Shown piece by piece: positions 41,386-51,092 of a stretch of 64,000 nucleotides of DNA. This DNA comes from Obrimoposthia wandeli (lineage: Eukaryota), in assembly GCA_977020255.1 (NCBI GenBank), contig CDROCS010000506.1, positions 3,100,001-3,164,000 of the forward strand. The letters are read 5' to 3'. Made by a program: the position numbers and the translations under genes. The stretch's first letter is position 1, and every line of letters starts with the position of its first letter. Under the pieces are notes generated by a model that worked only from the letters and a program-made list of their open reading frames with translations, was not told the origin of the DNA and did not search any database.

Positions 41386-42606
41386 TCATCGCTGGCAAGG
41401 TACCAGCGTGCTATCGGGTTCACTGAGTGAACGACGAGATACCAATCTCAGTGCAAAGACTAACGCCACCATGAGGGTATGAATAATACTTGTAGCACCT
41501 AATACCATCCACCATCCACCGACTTGCCAGCAATAGATAAGTATAAAGCCACCGACACTACCGCCTGAATAATACATCACCAGATAGAGTGCGGTTGCTG
41601 TCGATCTACCTTGCGTCGCACTGCGGCCAATGTGGCTGTAAGCCAAGGCATGAATAAAGAATGCCCCTGCGCTTAATACCAATAATCCGATAATGATGGT
41701 GAGCATGGTTTGCAGTGAAAGGATCATCAGCCCAACGACGCTAATCGCGATGCCGAGTAATAACCCGCTGAATAAGGAATGGTGATGTAGCCAACGGCCA
41801 CTTAGCTTTGCTGAAACAGTGCCGCTGAGGTAACACAAAAACACCAATGATAATAAGCTGGCGGGTAGTGAGATAGGCGCGGCCGATAATTTAAATCCCA
41901 TCACTGAAAATATATTAATGAACACGGAAAAATTAAGTCCGCCAATTAACATGGCAAAAAACAGCGTGGGTGTTTTAATATGTTTAATAATCTGTCTACC
42001 ATGATGGGATAGTCGCCCTTGTTGCGCGATAAAATGACGTTGTTTTAATATCAACGGAAATATGATCAGTAGCGCGATACCACTGAGTATCGACATCGCT
42101 AAAATAGTCCACTGTAGTCCTATCGCATCTGTCATCACTCCACCGTATATCCGCCCAATGATGCCTCCGAGCGTGTTTGCGCTAATATAACCACCAACCG
42201 CGATCACCAGTGCTGCTGGTACAAACTCTTCGGCCATATAGGCGACCGCGACAGCAATAAATCCAGCGAGGGCAATACCAAGTAACGCGCGCAATAAAAT
42301 GAGCGTATTTAAATCAGGGCTGATAAACATTAAAAAATTAATGCAGGGAATAAGCACTAAGCTGCAGCGCATAATGGGGCGACGGCCAATCACTTCAGAT
42401 AAGATTGCCCAAGGCAGCAGGGATAAAGCAATCGCTAAGGTGGTACTGGAAAACAACCAGTTAACTTGTAATTCAGTGGCGTCAAACTTAACCATGAAAT
42501 ACGGCAGTAGCGGCTGAAAATAATATAAATTGCAAAACACCAGAAAGGAACCGAGTCCAAGCCCCAATGTTACTTTTTTATAATCTTGAGAATGCAGTGC
42601 AATCAT
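41386..42606 (-). CDS. MFS transporter (YnfM-like)
   Basis: FCNLYYFQPLLP, SEVIGRRPIM, AVAYMAEE, YISANTLGG. Confidence 0.9.
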   Translation of the reverse strand: MIALHSQDYKKVTLGLGLGSFLVFCNLYYFQPLLPYFMVKFDATELQVNWLFSSTTLAIALSLLPWAILSEVIGRRPIMRCSLVLIPCINFLMFISPDLNTLILLRALLGIALAGFIAVAVAYMAEEFVPAALVIAVGGYISANTLGGIIGRIYGGVMTDAIGLQWTILAMSILSGIALLIIFPLILKQRHFIAQQGRLSHHGRQIIKHIKTPTLFFAMLIGGLNFSVFINIFSVMGFKLSAAPISLPASLLSLVFLCYLSGTVSAKLSGRWLHHHSLFSGLLLGIAISVVGLMILSLQTMLTIIIGLLVLSAGAFFIHALAYSHIGRSATQGRSTATALYLVMYYSGGSVGGFILIYCWQVGGWWMVLGATSIIHTLMVALVFALRLVSRRSLSEPDSTLVPCQR

Positions 42607-42780
42607 TAATCCGTCCTGCTGATGCTAAGTTGATAGCTAGGGTAATCACTAAGGTAATAACTAAGGTGGTAGCATGATCACCTTTATTAAGCTAATACGG
42701 TACTAACAATGCTTATAGAGTAGTGGAGTAATGCTAATATTAAAAATATATAAATATGATAGAAGGCATCTATTTTAGTT

Positions 42781-43668
42781 ATGCTAAATTCAAAAACATT
42801 ACATTATTTTGCCACCATTGTTGCGCAGGGCAGTTATACCAAAGCGGCGGAGCACCTTGGCATCGCCCAATCGGCGCTGAGTATTGCCATGCGTAAATTT
42901 GAACAACAAATTGGTATGCCATTATTGATCCGCAGCAGTAAAGGTGTGGTGGTGACCAAAGAAGGCGAGGTATTGCTTGTCCACAGTAAAGATATTCTTG
43001 CCCGTATTAGCGATGCTGAAACCGCGCTAAATGATTTACGTGGTTTAGAACAAGGTGAGGTCAGTATTGGTATTCCGGGCATGATGGGCTCGTATTTCTT
43101 TCCCGAAATATTAATGGCATTTAAATTCAAGTACCCGAATTTAAAATTAAGTATCATGGAAGGTGGTACCCAAACGATTAAAGAAAAGTTACTCTCTGGT
43201 GAATTAGATTTAGGCGTGATCGTCGATGATCATGTGCCTGACACGTTGCAAGTTCAGCGTTTTGTGCGCCCGCAGATGGTGGCCGCTGTCGGTAAAAACC
43301 ATGCATTAGCCAGTGCGAAATCGGTGACTTACGCCGACTTTTTCACCCATGAATTAGTGATGTTTAAGGCCGGTTATTTTCATCGCGAAGTGATTGATGG
43401 TTTGTGTCGAGCTAATAACATGACTGCAAATTATTCTTTTGAAACCAATTTGATCACCATGATCCTGAATATTGTGAAGAATGAATTTGCCATTACTGCA
43501 CTGCTGGAGTTGGTCACAGATCAAGAAACCGATGTCATGGGTATCCCGTTTGATCCACCTATCTATTTGAATTTAGCGCTAGCATGGCGTAAAGATGGTT
43601 ATTTGTCGTTGGCTAATAGGCGCTTTGTTGAATTTACTTTGGCGCAAGTAGCGGGCATTGATAGTTAA
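42781..43668 (+). CDS. LysR-family regulator
   Basis: GSYTKAAEHLGIAQSALS HTH; divergent from the MFS gene. Confidence 0.92.
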   Translation: MLNSKTLHYFATIVAQGSYTKAAEHLGIAQSALSIAMRKFEQQIGMPLLIRSSKGVVVTKEGEVLLVHSKDILARISDAETALNDLRGLEQGEVSIGIPGMMGSYFFPEILMAFKFKYPNLKLSIMEGGTQTIKEKLLSGELDLGVIVDDHVPDTLQVQRFVRPQMVAAVGKNHALASAKSVTYADFFTHELVMFKAGYFHREVIDGLCRANNMTANYSFETNLITMILNIVKNEFAITALLELVTDQETDVMGIPFDPPIYLNLALAWRKDGYLSLANRRFVEFTLAQVAGIDS

Positions 43669-43734
43669 TCGTGAGTTAATGATTTATAAGTAGGCGTTCA
43701 TAAGTAGGCGTTAATAAATAGAAAAAGGAATGTC

Positions 43735-44256
43735 ATGAGTATATCTATCACTACGCCGCGTTTAACGATGCGTCAAATCACCGAGTCTGATTGGCCGCTA
43801 TTTTTGCGTTTAAATACAGAACCTCGTGTTATCGAAAAATGTTTTGATCAACCTTGTGTTGATGATGTTCGCGCTAGATTTGATTCACGTTTACCACGCT
43901 GGTCGGTGACGTCTGGTGCTTGGCTATGTTTGGTTATCATTGATAGTGAGACTAATCAGGCGGTAGGTATTACGGGTTTTGATTATGATGGTCGATCTGC
44001 AGAAGTGGGTTATCTGTTATTACCTGAATATTTTGGTGTGGGTTATGCGACGGAATCTTTACAGAGCGTGATTGCCTGGGCAATGCGCGTGCATTTGATC
44101 ACGGCATTTCAAGGTATTGTCACTGAAGGTAATTGTGCTTCAGAAGCCGTGCTGGCGAAGTGTGGTTTTCAGCTGAAGGAGGTTATACCACTGGCGTATG
44201 ACATCGGCGGTATCTTGTATGCAGATCGTATCTATAAGCTGAATACCAGTGCATGA
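43735..44256 (+). CDS. GNAT N-acetyltransferase (RimJ/RimL family)
   Basis: TPRLTMRQ, AEVGYLLLPEYFGVGYATE, NCAS...LAKCGF. Confidence 0.9.
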   Translation: MSISITTPRLTMRQITESDWPLFLRLNTEPRVIEKCFDQPCVDDVRARFDSRLPRWSVTSGAWLCLVIIDSETNQAVGITGFDYDGRSAEVGYLLLPEYFGVGYATESLQSVIAWAMRVHLITAFQGIVTEGNCASEAVLAKCGFQLKEVIPLAYDIGGILYADRIYKLNTSA

Positions 44257-44284
44257 GTGGATGGTATTCAGCTATTCACTGTGT

Positions 44285-45271
44285 TTAAGCGGCTTGTGAG
44301 TTATCGTTTAAGTTATCGGCTGAATCCGCTATAGCGCTATTCGTTGGGTTAATGGCTGGTGGATTCATTAACCATGGCGTTAAATTGTTTGCCATGGCAA
44401 CTTCACTATCATCCAACCACTGGTAGCGTTTAGTGTACATTTTACGTTTGGTTTTCTTCAATGTGAGTGGATCTTTACGTGGTGTAAATACCGGTAAACC
44501 ATAAAAGTATGGGTCTAGCTTAGTCGCTTCAAATTCGTCCCATAAACCATTGTAATCAAAGGTCACTGAGTTTCGTTTTGAGCCAATATAACGTATTGCT
44601 TGATAGATATGACCTTTGTTTGAAATCGCTTTTACTTCACTGATACCTAATACACGAGCGAGCATTAATGCCATTTCGACGAGTAACGATTTAGTACGTA
44701 AACCGTGCAGTGATTTAGTTAATTCTTTAATCAATGCATGGCGATCTTCAATTGATTCTGCAGGGCCTTGGAGCATACCAATATGCATTGTTTTAGTTGT
44801 AGTACCTGAAATGTTACAGGCTAAAGCATACACACTTTGGTCTTTGTCATTCACTAAACGAATACCTAGGCCACCTTCACGGCTGGCTCCGCGATATAGT
44901 TGCACACGGTATGTGTCCCCGTTTAAGCTTTCAAAGTCTAAAATTGTTATCCCTTTACTAGAAATAACGGCATTCGAGTTTTCACCAAAGGTATCATCAA
45001 TATATTGATAATGTTCCGTAATATGTTTGATGCGCTCTGAATTAGACCAATTTACGCAAAGAAAAGGCTTTAAAGGTTTTTCTAGGATCTCGGGATTGTT
45101 GGCTAAAATTGGCTTTAAATTATCATTAGCAAACAAAGTTGTCATTGCTTCGATGGCTTTACCGTTAGTCGCTGCCCAAAAGTAGAATCTCGCTTTCTTT
45201 TTTATTTTCTTCAGGCCTTTGCTTTTTGGGTAAATCAGGTCGGCGAGTTCAGAGAGATTAGTTTTAGACAT
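44285..45271 (-). CDS. VirK/YbjX (DUF535) family protein
   Basis: REGGL, IGMLQG, TKSLHGLRTK, YNGLWDE, RKMYTKRY; ATG 45271 with AGGA RBS. Confidence 0.88.
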   Translation of the reverse strand: MSKTNLSELADLIYPKSKGLKKIKKKARFYFWAATNGKAIEAMTTLFANDNLKPILANNPEILEKPLKPFLCVNWSNSERIKHITEHYQYIDDTFGENSNAVISSKGITILDFESLNGDTYRVQLYRGASREGGLGIRLVNDKDQSVYALACNISGTTTKTMHIGMLQGPAESIEDRHALIKELTKSLHGLRTKSLLVEMALMLARVLGISEVKAISNKGHIYQAIRYIGSKRNSVTFDYNGLWDEFEATKLDPYFYGLPVFTPRKDPLTLKKTKRKMYTKRYQWLDDSEVAMANNLTPWLMNPPAINPTNSAIADSADNLNDNSQAA

Positions 45272-45617
45272 CGATTTTTTGTTCCTAGTAAACCACCTCA
45301 CAGCGGATGATTTATATGTATATTTAAAGTTTAAGTGCGTATTTTCATTGCTATATCATGTTATGACTGCGCAATAATCGAGAGCACACTATCAGCGGTT
45401 ATGTCGAATATATGTGAAATTTAGCATTATTGTCCATTTAACTGTTTAGTTGCAGCGTAACTGCTTAGTTAATAATACTTAAACCACTAGGTTTCACTAA
45501 GAAAATATTTGTAAGCATCTGTCAGTGATCTGTTTTGGAGAAGCCAACAGCATCGCTATAGAGGTTATGCTGTTAGCTGTAGTGATGGATGTAAAAATAT
45601 GATTTGATAGAAAAGTA

Positions 45618-45983
45618 CTATTGTATGCAAACACCCTTCATTAATATTTTGTTATACCAACTTAAAAAACTATGGTCGGTAGAATATTGCGTGCTTACTG
45701 CCGTCAATTCGCCATCACACTGCGCTATAAGTGATTGACGTGCCTCATCAACATAGTTGGTGTTCGCGGCAAAGCCTAAAATCACATGTTGTTTAGTGCT
45801 TGCTTCGACATATTTATAATCAAGACCTGTTGGGATTACTTGGTCGAAACCATCGGTATTGACCATGTGGATACTACTGGTGCAACCATTTAATAACAGT
45901 ACTGCTGAGAGCAATACTAAGCTGCTAAGTGTATTTTTTCTTATCACACTCTTTATTATATTATTTATCACGCTATTTATCAC
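45618..45983 (-). CDS. Small lipoprotein 3 of a three-gene operon
   Basis: Lipobox LLNG-C; LIAQC...KGVC motif; start overlaps the upstream stop. Confidence 0.75.
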   Translation of the reverse strand: MINSVINNIIKSVIRKNTLSSLVLLSAVLLLNGCTSSIHMVNTDGFDQVIPTGLDYKYVEASTKQHVILGFAANTNYVDEARQSLIAQCDGELTAVSTQYSTDHSFLSWYNKILMKGVCIQ

Positions 45984-46294
45984 ATTCTGTCCTTAGGCAG
46001 GCTGCAATACCCACTGATGATGACTTCGCGTTTAAATACTAAAAGATAACTAGTGGTTTGGTGTTTGGTAAAGACACCACTTATTTTACCGCCCACACAC
46101 TGCGCTTTTAAATTATCTACAGCTCTGTCGGCAAAGTCATTTTGAGTGGTGAAATTGAGGAATACCCAGTCATGCGCATTGGCTTCGACAAGCTGACCTT
46201 TATCTTTTGGTATTTGCGTCATTGATACTGTGTTTAAACCAACACAGCCACTGAGTGTTAGGGCGATAAATAGTAAACAACATTTACGGATCAT
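45980..46294 (-). CDS. Small lipoprotein 2 of a three-gene operon
   Basis: Lipobox TLSG-C; LKAQC...SGYC motif. Confidence 0.78.
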   Translation of the reverse strand: MIRKCCLLFIALTLSGCVGLNTVSMTQIPKDKGQLVEANAHDWVFLNFTTQNDFADRAVDNLKAQCVGGKISGVFTKHQTTSYLLVFKREVIISGYCSLPKDRM

Positions 46295-46304
46295 GATTAA
46301 TTCC

Positions 46305-46721
46305 TTAGATTATACAATCAGCGTCGATACGAACGATTTCACCACTAGCAATGGCGTAATCATTGGCTTCTCGGACGCTGCGAATAGCGGTTATTTTGCC
46401 TGATTGGCATTGAGCATGAAGTTGGTTTAGTACATTTTGAGCATAGGCATCATTAAATACCGGATTACCTGTTCTCGGTCCCATATTCATAAGCGCCCAG
46501 ATAGTTCTGAGAGCTTCTATTTCATCACTGCCTGAGCCATTGCTTAATAAGGCATCGGTAAGCGCTAAAGTCGTGTCTACATTAACGGTATTTTCAGACA
46601 CCTTGACTGAAATAGGCTTTAGCCTTCCCTGGCTCTGGTCTATATCTCCGACCTGGATGTGATCCATGCGAGCGCAGGCCGTGAGTAATAATATTGGGGT
46701 AAGCAACAAATATTTTCTCAT
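46305..46721 (-). CDS. Small lipoprotein 1 of a three-gene operon
   Basis: Lipobox LLTA-C; LHAQC...ADC motif. Confidence 0.78.
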   Translation of the reverse strand: MRKYLLLTPILLLTACARMDHIQVGDIDQSQGRLKPISVKVSENTVNVDTTLALTDALLSNGSGSDEIEALRTIWALMNMGPRTGNPVFNDAYAQNVLNQLHAQCQSGKITAIRSVREANDYAIASGEIVRIDADCII

Positions 46722-46775
46722 TGTAAATGTCCCATTGATTTAAGCGAGTGCATGACGCTACATCGTTTGATGTTC

Positions 46776-46902
46776 GTTGCACTCTCGTATTTAGTACTCA
46801 TGTAGGCGGCAAGCGAACGAAGCCCCTGAGCATAGATCTACTATGTGATTGGGCTGAAAGAACGCAGCCAACACCCATGCAGCTTCAAAGGCGACGGGTA
46901 TA
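46776..46902. mobile_element. ERIC-like miniature inverted-repeat element
   Basis: GTAGGCGGCAAGCGAACGAAGCCCCTGAGCATAG...CTATGTGATTGGGCTGAAAGAACGCAGCCAACACCCATGCAGCTTCAAAGGCGACGGGTATA follows the ~127-bp ERIC consensus; left terminus degenerate, so the left boundary is approximate. Confidence 0.8.
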
Positions 46903-47121
46903 GACATATTGTAAACAGGCTGACTGGATTTGTAGGTAAGCTTGTGTATGCATCTGTCAACAAATCTAACTGTACAGTCATGCCATCCGTTAAACAGATG
47001 GAAACTAACTTTTAGTTATAATAAATTGCGATAGAATGGCCGTCATAATAAAGCTGAACAGTATGTGCACGTTAATTACGATGATTGCGGCATACAGCAT
47101 AATGATGTGGAGAAAAATAAA

Positions 47122-47541
47122 ATGAGAACAAGATTAGACCGTATTAGACATGCGATTTTATTTGAAATTATTGGCCTAGTAGCAATCATGGGGGTGTTAA
47201 GCCAACTTGGTTTTGAGCTCGGTCATGTCGGCGTGATGGGGGTATTATTCTCGGTTGTCGCGACGGGCTGGAACTATGTTTATAACATCGGTTTTGATAA
47301 ATACATGCTGAAAAAAATAGGCTCAGTGACGAAAACAACTCTGATCCGTATTGTGCACAGCCTTGGCTTTGAAGGCGGTTTGCTGTTTTTGACTATTCCG
47401 TTTATGGCGTGGTTCTTAAACCTAAGCTTATGGGATGCATTCGTGCTTGATATTGGCATGGTCGTGTTTTATTTGTTTTATGCTTATGGCTATAACTTAG
47501 CGTATGACAAGATATTTCCAGTGCCGACTACTAAGGTATAA
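47122..47541 (+). CDS. PACE (AceI-family) efflux transporter, second copy
   Basis: RIRHAILFE, WNYVYNIGFD, RIVHSLGFEGGL, YNLAYDKIFP; ATG 47122. Confidence 0.9.
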   Translation: MRTRLDRIRHAILFEIIGLVAIMGVLSQLGFELGHVGVMGVLFSVVATGWNYVYNIGFDKYMLKKIGSVTKTTLIRIVHSLGFEGGLLFLTIPFMAWFLNLSLWDAFVLDIGMVVFYLFYAYGYNLAYDKIFPVPTTKV

Positions 47542-47598
47542 TGGAACTAAAATACATTTAAAACCTGATTAGAATGATGTTTATTTCACTTATGTTAA

Positions 47599-47669
47599 AA
47601 ACATCTTGACCAAAATATGTAGAACGCTTAGTGTTGTGGCTGTCTGGAAGGCCAGCGGTTCGGCCATCC
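47599..47669 (+). promoter_or_regulatory. metB promoter with tandem MetJ (Met) boxes
   Basis: TTGACC (47606)-N17-TAGTGT (47629). Phased 8-mers GGCTGTCT-GGAAGGCC-AGCGGTTC-GGCCATCC (47638-47669) and AAACATCT (47599) resemble AGACGTCT. Confidence 0.6.
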
Positions 47670-47723
47670 ATGGTGGTTGTTGAATATAATTATGACCACG
47701 GTTGTCGAATACAAGGAAAAAGT

Positions 47724-48890
47724 ATGTCAAATGCCAAGATAAAAAGTATCACTACAGCAGCAGTGAGAGCAGGAATAAATACCGATGAACATCATGGTGC
47801 TGTCGTTGCTCCGATTCATTTATCAAGTACTTATTCATTAAAAGGCTTTAATGATAAACGTCAGTTTGACTATTCTCGTACGGGAAATCCAACGAGAGCA
47901 ACGTTTGCACAAGCCGTTGCTGACTTAGAGCAAGGCAGTGTAGGTATTGTTACCAGTACTGGTATGTCAGCAGTGCATCTTCTTTGTCAGTTATTGTCGA
48001 CAGATGACTTAGTGGTTATTCCTCATGATTGTTATGGCGGTAGTTTCCGTTTATTTACTCATTTAGCCAAACGTGGTCAATTTAAACTCATTGTTGTTGA
48101 TCAAAATGATCAAGTCGCATTGGCGAAAGCGTTAGTTAAAAAACCGAAGTTGGTGCTAATTGAAAGTCCAAGCAATCCATTGCTACGCTTAGTCGATATT
48201 GAGACTGTTACTAAAGCGTGTCACGAAGTCGGAGCCTTGGTTGCGGTAGATAACACCTTCCTTTCCCCTGCATTACAACAACCGTTAGGACTAGGTGCAG
48301 ATATTGTTTTTCACTCTACGACTAAATATATTAATGGTCACAGTGATGTGGTTGGTGGTGTTTTAGTGACGAAAGTACAAGACCTTGGTGAAAAGCTAGC
48401 TTGGTGGGCAAACTGTATTGGGATTACAGGGAGTGCTTTTGATAGTTTTTTGGCGTTACGAGGCCTAAAAACGTTACCTATTCGGATGAAACAACACCAA
48501 GAAAATGCGTTGCAAGTGGCGAGCTTTTTAAAATCTCATCAAGCTATTGATACCGTGTATTTTCCTGGTTTTGAAGATCACCCTGGCCATGATATTGCTA
48601 AAAAGCAGCAGGCTGGTTTTGGCGCGATGCTCAGTTTTAATGTTAAAGGTGGCGAAGCGGCAGTGAAAAAATTATTTGCTAACCTAGAGTTGTTTACGTT
48701 AGCGCAATCATTAGGTGGCGTAGAAAGTCTTATTTCTCATCCCGCCACCATGACGCATGCTGGCATGGAAGAAAGTGCTCGTCTTGCTGCTGGTATTACA
48801 AATTCACTCGTCAGAATTTCTGTCGGTATTGAAGATATCGATGATATTTTAGCTGATTTAGCAAATGGTTTAGCTAAGAGTCAACGATAG
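47724..48890 (+). CDS. metB: Cystathionine gamma-synthase
   Basis: YSRTGNPTR, HDCYGGS, VDNTFLSP, HSTTKYINGHSD (PLP Lys), AQSLGGVESL; ATG 47724 with AGGA RBS. Confidence 0.95.
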   Translation: MSNAKIKSITTAAVRAGINTDEHHGAVVAPIHLSSTYSLKGFNDKRQFDYSRTGNPTRATFAQAVADLEQGSVGIVTSTGMSAVHLLCQLLSTDDLVVIPHDCYGGSFRLFTHLAKRGQFKLIVVDQNDQVALAKALVKKPKLVLIESPSNPLLRLVDIETVTKACHEVGALVAVDNTFLSPALQQPLGLGADIVFHSTTKYINGHSDVVGGVLVTKVQDLGEKLAWWANCIGITGSAFDSFLALRGLKTLPIRMKQHQENALQVASFLKSHQAIDTVYFPGFEDHPGHDIAKKQQAGFGAMLSFNVKGGEAAVKKLFANLELFTLAQSLGGVESLISHPATMTHAGMEESARLAAGITNSLVRISVGIEDIDDILADLANGLAKSQR

Positions 48891-48913
48891 TAGATAGTAG
48901 ATAGTAGATAGTA
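48886..48913. repeat. (GATAGTA)4 heptamer repeat overlapping the metB stop
   Basis: Four perfect units. Confidence 0.92.
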
Positions 48914-49008
48914 ATAGGGTGATAACAATCACCCTACTTTATTGTGGATCGTCAGGGATAGAAAATAGGATATAATGCCTACTTCTTATCTTTATAATAG
49001 AAACCCGC

Positions 49009-49332
49009 ATGACACAACCAACCGCCATGACCTTCTTTGAACGTTTTGAAACTGATATTCTTAACGGTAAAAAAACCATTACCATTCGTGATGAATCTGA
49101 AAAGTATTATGTCCCTGGTTCGGTAGTGACCGTCTCAACGCTTGAGAGTGGCCGTGAATTTTGTCAGTTAGCTATTCTTAGTGTAGAGCCTATTTTATTT
49201 ACCGAGTTATCGGGTTTTCACGCTGAGCAAGAAAATATGACTTTAACAGTGCTTAAACAGGTGATCCAAGATATTTACCCCGGTATTGAACAGTTATACG
49301 TGGTGTCTTATCAACTGGTAGGTCAGTTATAA
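49009..49332 (+). CDS. yqfB: ASCH-domain N4-acetylcytidine amidohydrolase
   Basis: MTFFERFETDILNGKKTITIRDESE...HAEQENM...IQDIYPG. Confidence 0.9.
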   Translation: MTQPTAMTFFERFETDILNGKKTITIRDESEKYYVPGSVVTVSTLESGREFCQLAILSVEPILFTELSGFHAEQENMTLTVLKQVIQDIYPGIEQLYVVSYQLVGQL

Positions 49333-50043
49333 ATGCGATTGGACAAGTTTGTTTGTAAAAGTACGACGTTAACTCGAATCCAAGCAACGGCGATGATCAC
49401 TGATGGTTGTGTTGTGGTGAATAGCGACGTTGTTTGTGATGTCGCCACGCAGGTACATGAAGATAATCACATCAGCTTAAATGGCGAGACGCTAACCGCA
49501 AGAGCATCCCGTTATATCCTCCTACATAAACCCGCAGACACTATTTGTTCTAATATTGATGAAGCTTACCCGTCATTATTTAATTATATCGATGTCGAAA
49601 ATGCAGCTGAACTGCATGTTGCAGGGCGTTTAGATGCCGATACAACAGGGCTGGTATTAGTGACAGATGATGGCCGTTGGTCATTTAATATTATAACCCC
49701 CACTAAACATTGCCAGAAAGTCTATCGGGTTGGCTTATCACGTCCTATTAGTGATGATGTCGCGGCTAAATTTGCCCATGGCGTGCAATTACAAGGCGAG
49801 CAACAATTAACGCGACCGGCAATACTAGAGACAGTGACACCAAAAGAAGTATTATTGACGATTACCGAGGGTAAGTTCCATCAAGTGAAACGCATGTTTG
49901 CGGCTGTCGGTAATCGTGTGGTGAGTTTGCACCGTGAGCAGATTGGCGCGATACAACTGGATGTTGAAGTTGGATTATGGCGTTATTTAACGGATAGTGA
50001 AGTGAACTCGTTTATAAATATAGCGGAGTCTAAAACATCATGA
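49333..50043 (+). CDS. rsuA: RsuA-family pseudouridine synthase
   Basis: MRLDKF S4 domain, HVAGRLDADTTGL, ITEGKFHQVKRMFAAVGN. Confidence 0.88.
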   Translation: MRLDKFVCKSTTLTRIQATAMITDGCVVVNSDVVCDVATQVHEDNHISLNGETLTARASRYILLHKPADTICSNIDEAYPSLFNYIDVENAAELHVAGRLDADTTGLVLVTDDGRWSFNIITPTKHCQKVYRVGLSRPISDDVAAKFAHGVQLQGEQQLTRPAILETVTPKEVLLTITEGKFHQVKRMFAAVGNRVVSLHREQIGAIQLDVEVGLWRYLTDSEVNSFINIAESKTS

Positions 50044-50900
50044 TTAATCCTATATTACTTCGCAGCTTTTGTACGCTGGTGGAAGTTGGCCATTTTACCC
50101 GTAGTGCTGAGCGTCTGAATATGACGCAATCAGGTATTAGTCAGCATATCCGCAAACTAGAAGAGCAGCTTGGTCAAGATTTGCTTATTCGAGAAGGAAA
50201 GCAGTTTACTTTAACGGATGCGGGGCAGCGGTTATATACCGAGGGTAAACAGATAATCAACTCACTATCAGAACTCGAACAGCGGGTGACGACAGATCCT
50301 GCTTTTGAAGGCCTGGTCAGAGTGATGTCTCCGGGGAGTATTGGCTTGAAACTGTATCGTTATTTACTGACGCTACAAACACAGCATCCCAAATTGGTGA
50401 TTGATTATCGCTTTGCACCCAATGCAACGATAGAAAAAGCCATTGCCGAGCACAGCGTGGATATTGGTTTTATGACCAGTTCATCGACACTAGCGGAAGT
50501 GAGTTTGAAACCGATAGCGGAAGAAGCCCTGTTGTTAGTTACTCCTGCCGATATTGAAGAACCAAGTTGGCAAACATTAATGCAATTAGGTTTTATCGAC
50601 CACCCTGACGGTGCGTTCCACTCAAGTTTGTTACTTGGGGCTAATTACCCAGAATTTAAACATTATAATCAGTTTAAAAAGGCCGGTTTTTCCAATCAAA
50701 TAAGCCTGATTTTAGAGCCTGTCAGTTTAGGGCTTGGTTTTACAGTATTGCCTGCTTATGCGGTAGCAGACTTCCCTCATCCAGATAAAGTGAAGATCCA
50801 CCACCTTAAAATCCCTGTTGCGGAAACACTATATCTTGGTGTTCACCTGAATAAATTTATGCCCAGTCGTGTTAAGACTGTAATCGTTGCAGCTGTTTAA
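50040..50900 (+). CDS. LysR-family regulator
   Basis: HFTRSAERLNMTQSGISQHIRKLE; ATGA overlap with rsuA. Confidence 0.9.
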   Translation: MINPILLRSFCTLVEVGHFTRSAERLNMTQSGISQHIRKLEEQLGQDLLIREGKQFTLTDAGQRLYTEGKQIINSLSELEQRVTTDPAFEGLVRVMSPGSIGLKLYRYLLTLQTQHPKLVIDYRFAPNATIEKAIAEHSVDIGFMTSSSTLAEVSLKPIAEEALLLVTPADIEEPSWQTLMQLGFIDHPDGAFHSSLLLGANYPEFKHYNQFKKAGFSNQISLILEPVSLGLGFTVLPAYAVADFPHPDKVKIHHLKIPVAETLYLGVHLNKFMPSRVKTVIVAAV

Positions 50901-50991
50901 AATAAAGTTTAGAGTAGGTTTAGAGTAAGGTTTACAGTCAGGTTTACAGTAAGCATTTGTAATAGGTATTAGAGTAAATATTGTTATTGCA

Positions 50992-51010
50992 AATGAGATG
51001 TATTACTATT
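50992..51010. promoter_or_regulatory. Possible Fur box upstream of the ChaN-family gene
   Basis: AATGAGATGTATTACTATT, a partial match to AATGAnAATnATTnTCATT. Confidence 0.45.
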
Positions 51011-51092
51011 GGCGACTAGTTATTCTTAGGGTGTTATATGTTTATTTTTTCTCAACGATCTTTTCCATCTTTACCGTACTAAAAAATTATAA

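Noticed and set aside
47631-47723. 31-aa N-terminal extension of MetB in the ORF track
   Set aside because: Overlaps the -10 element and Met boxes; the RBS supports ATG 47724.
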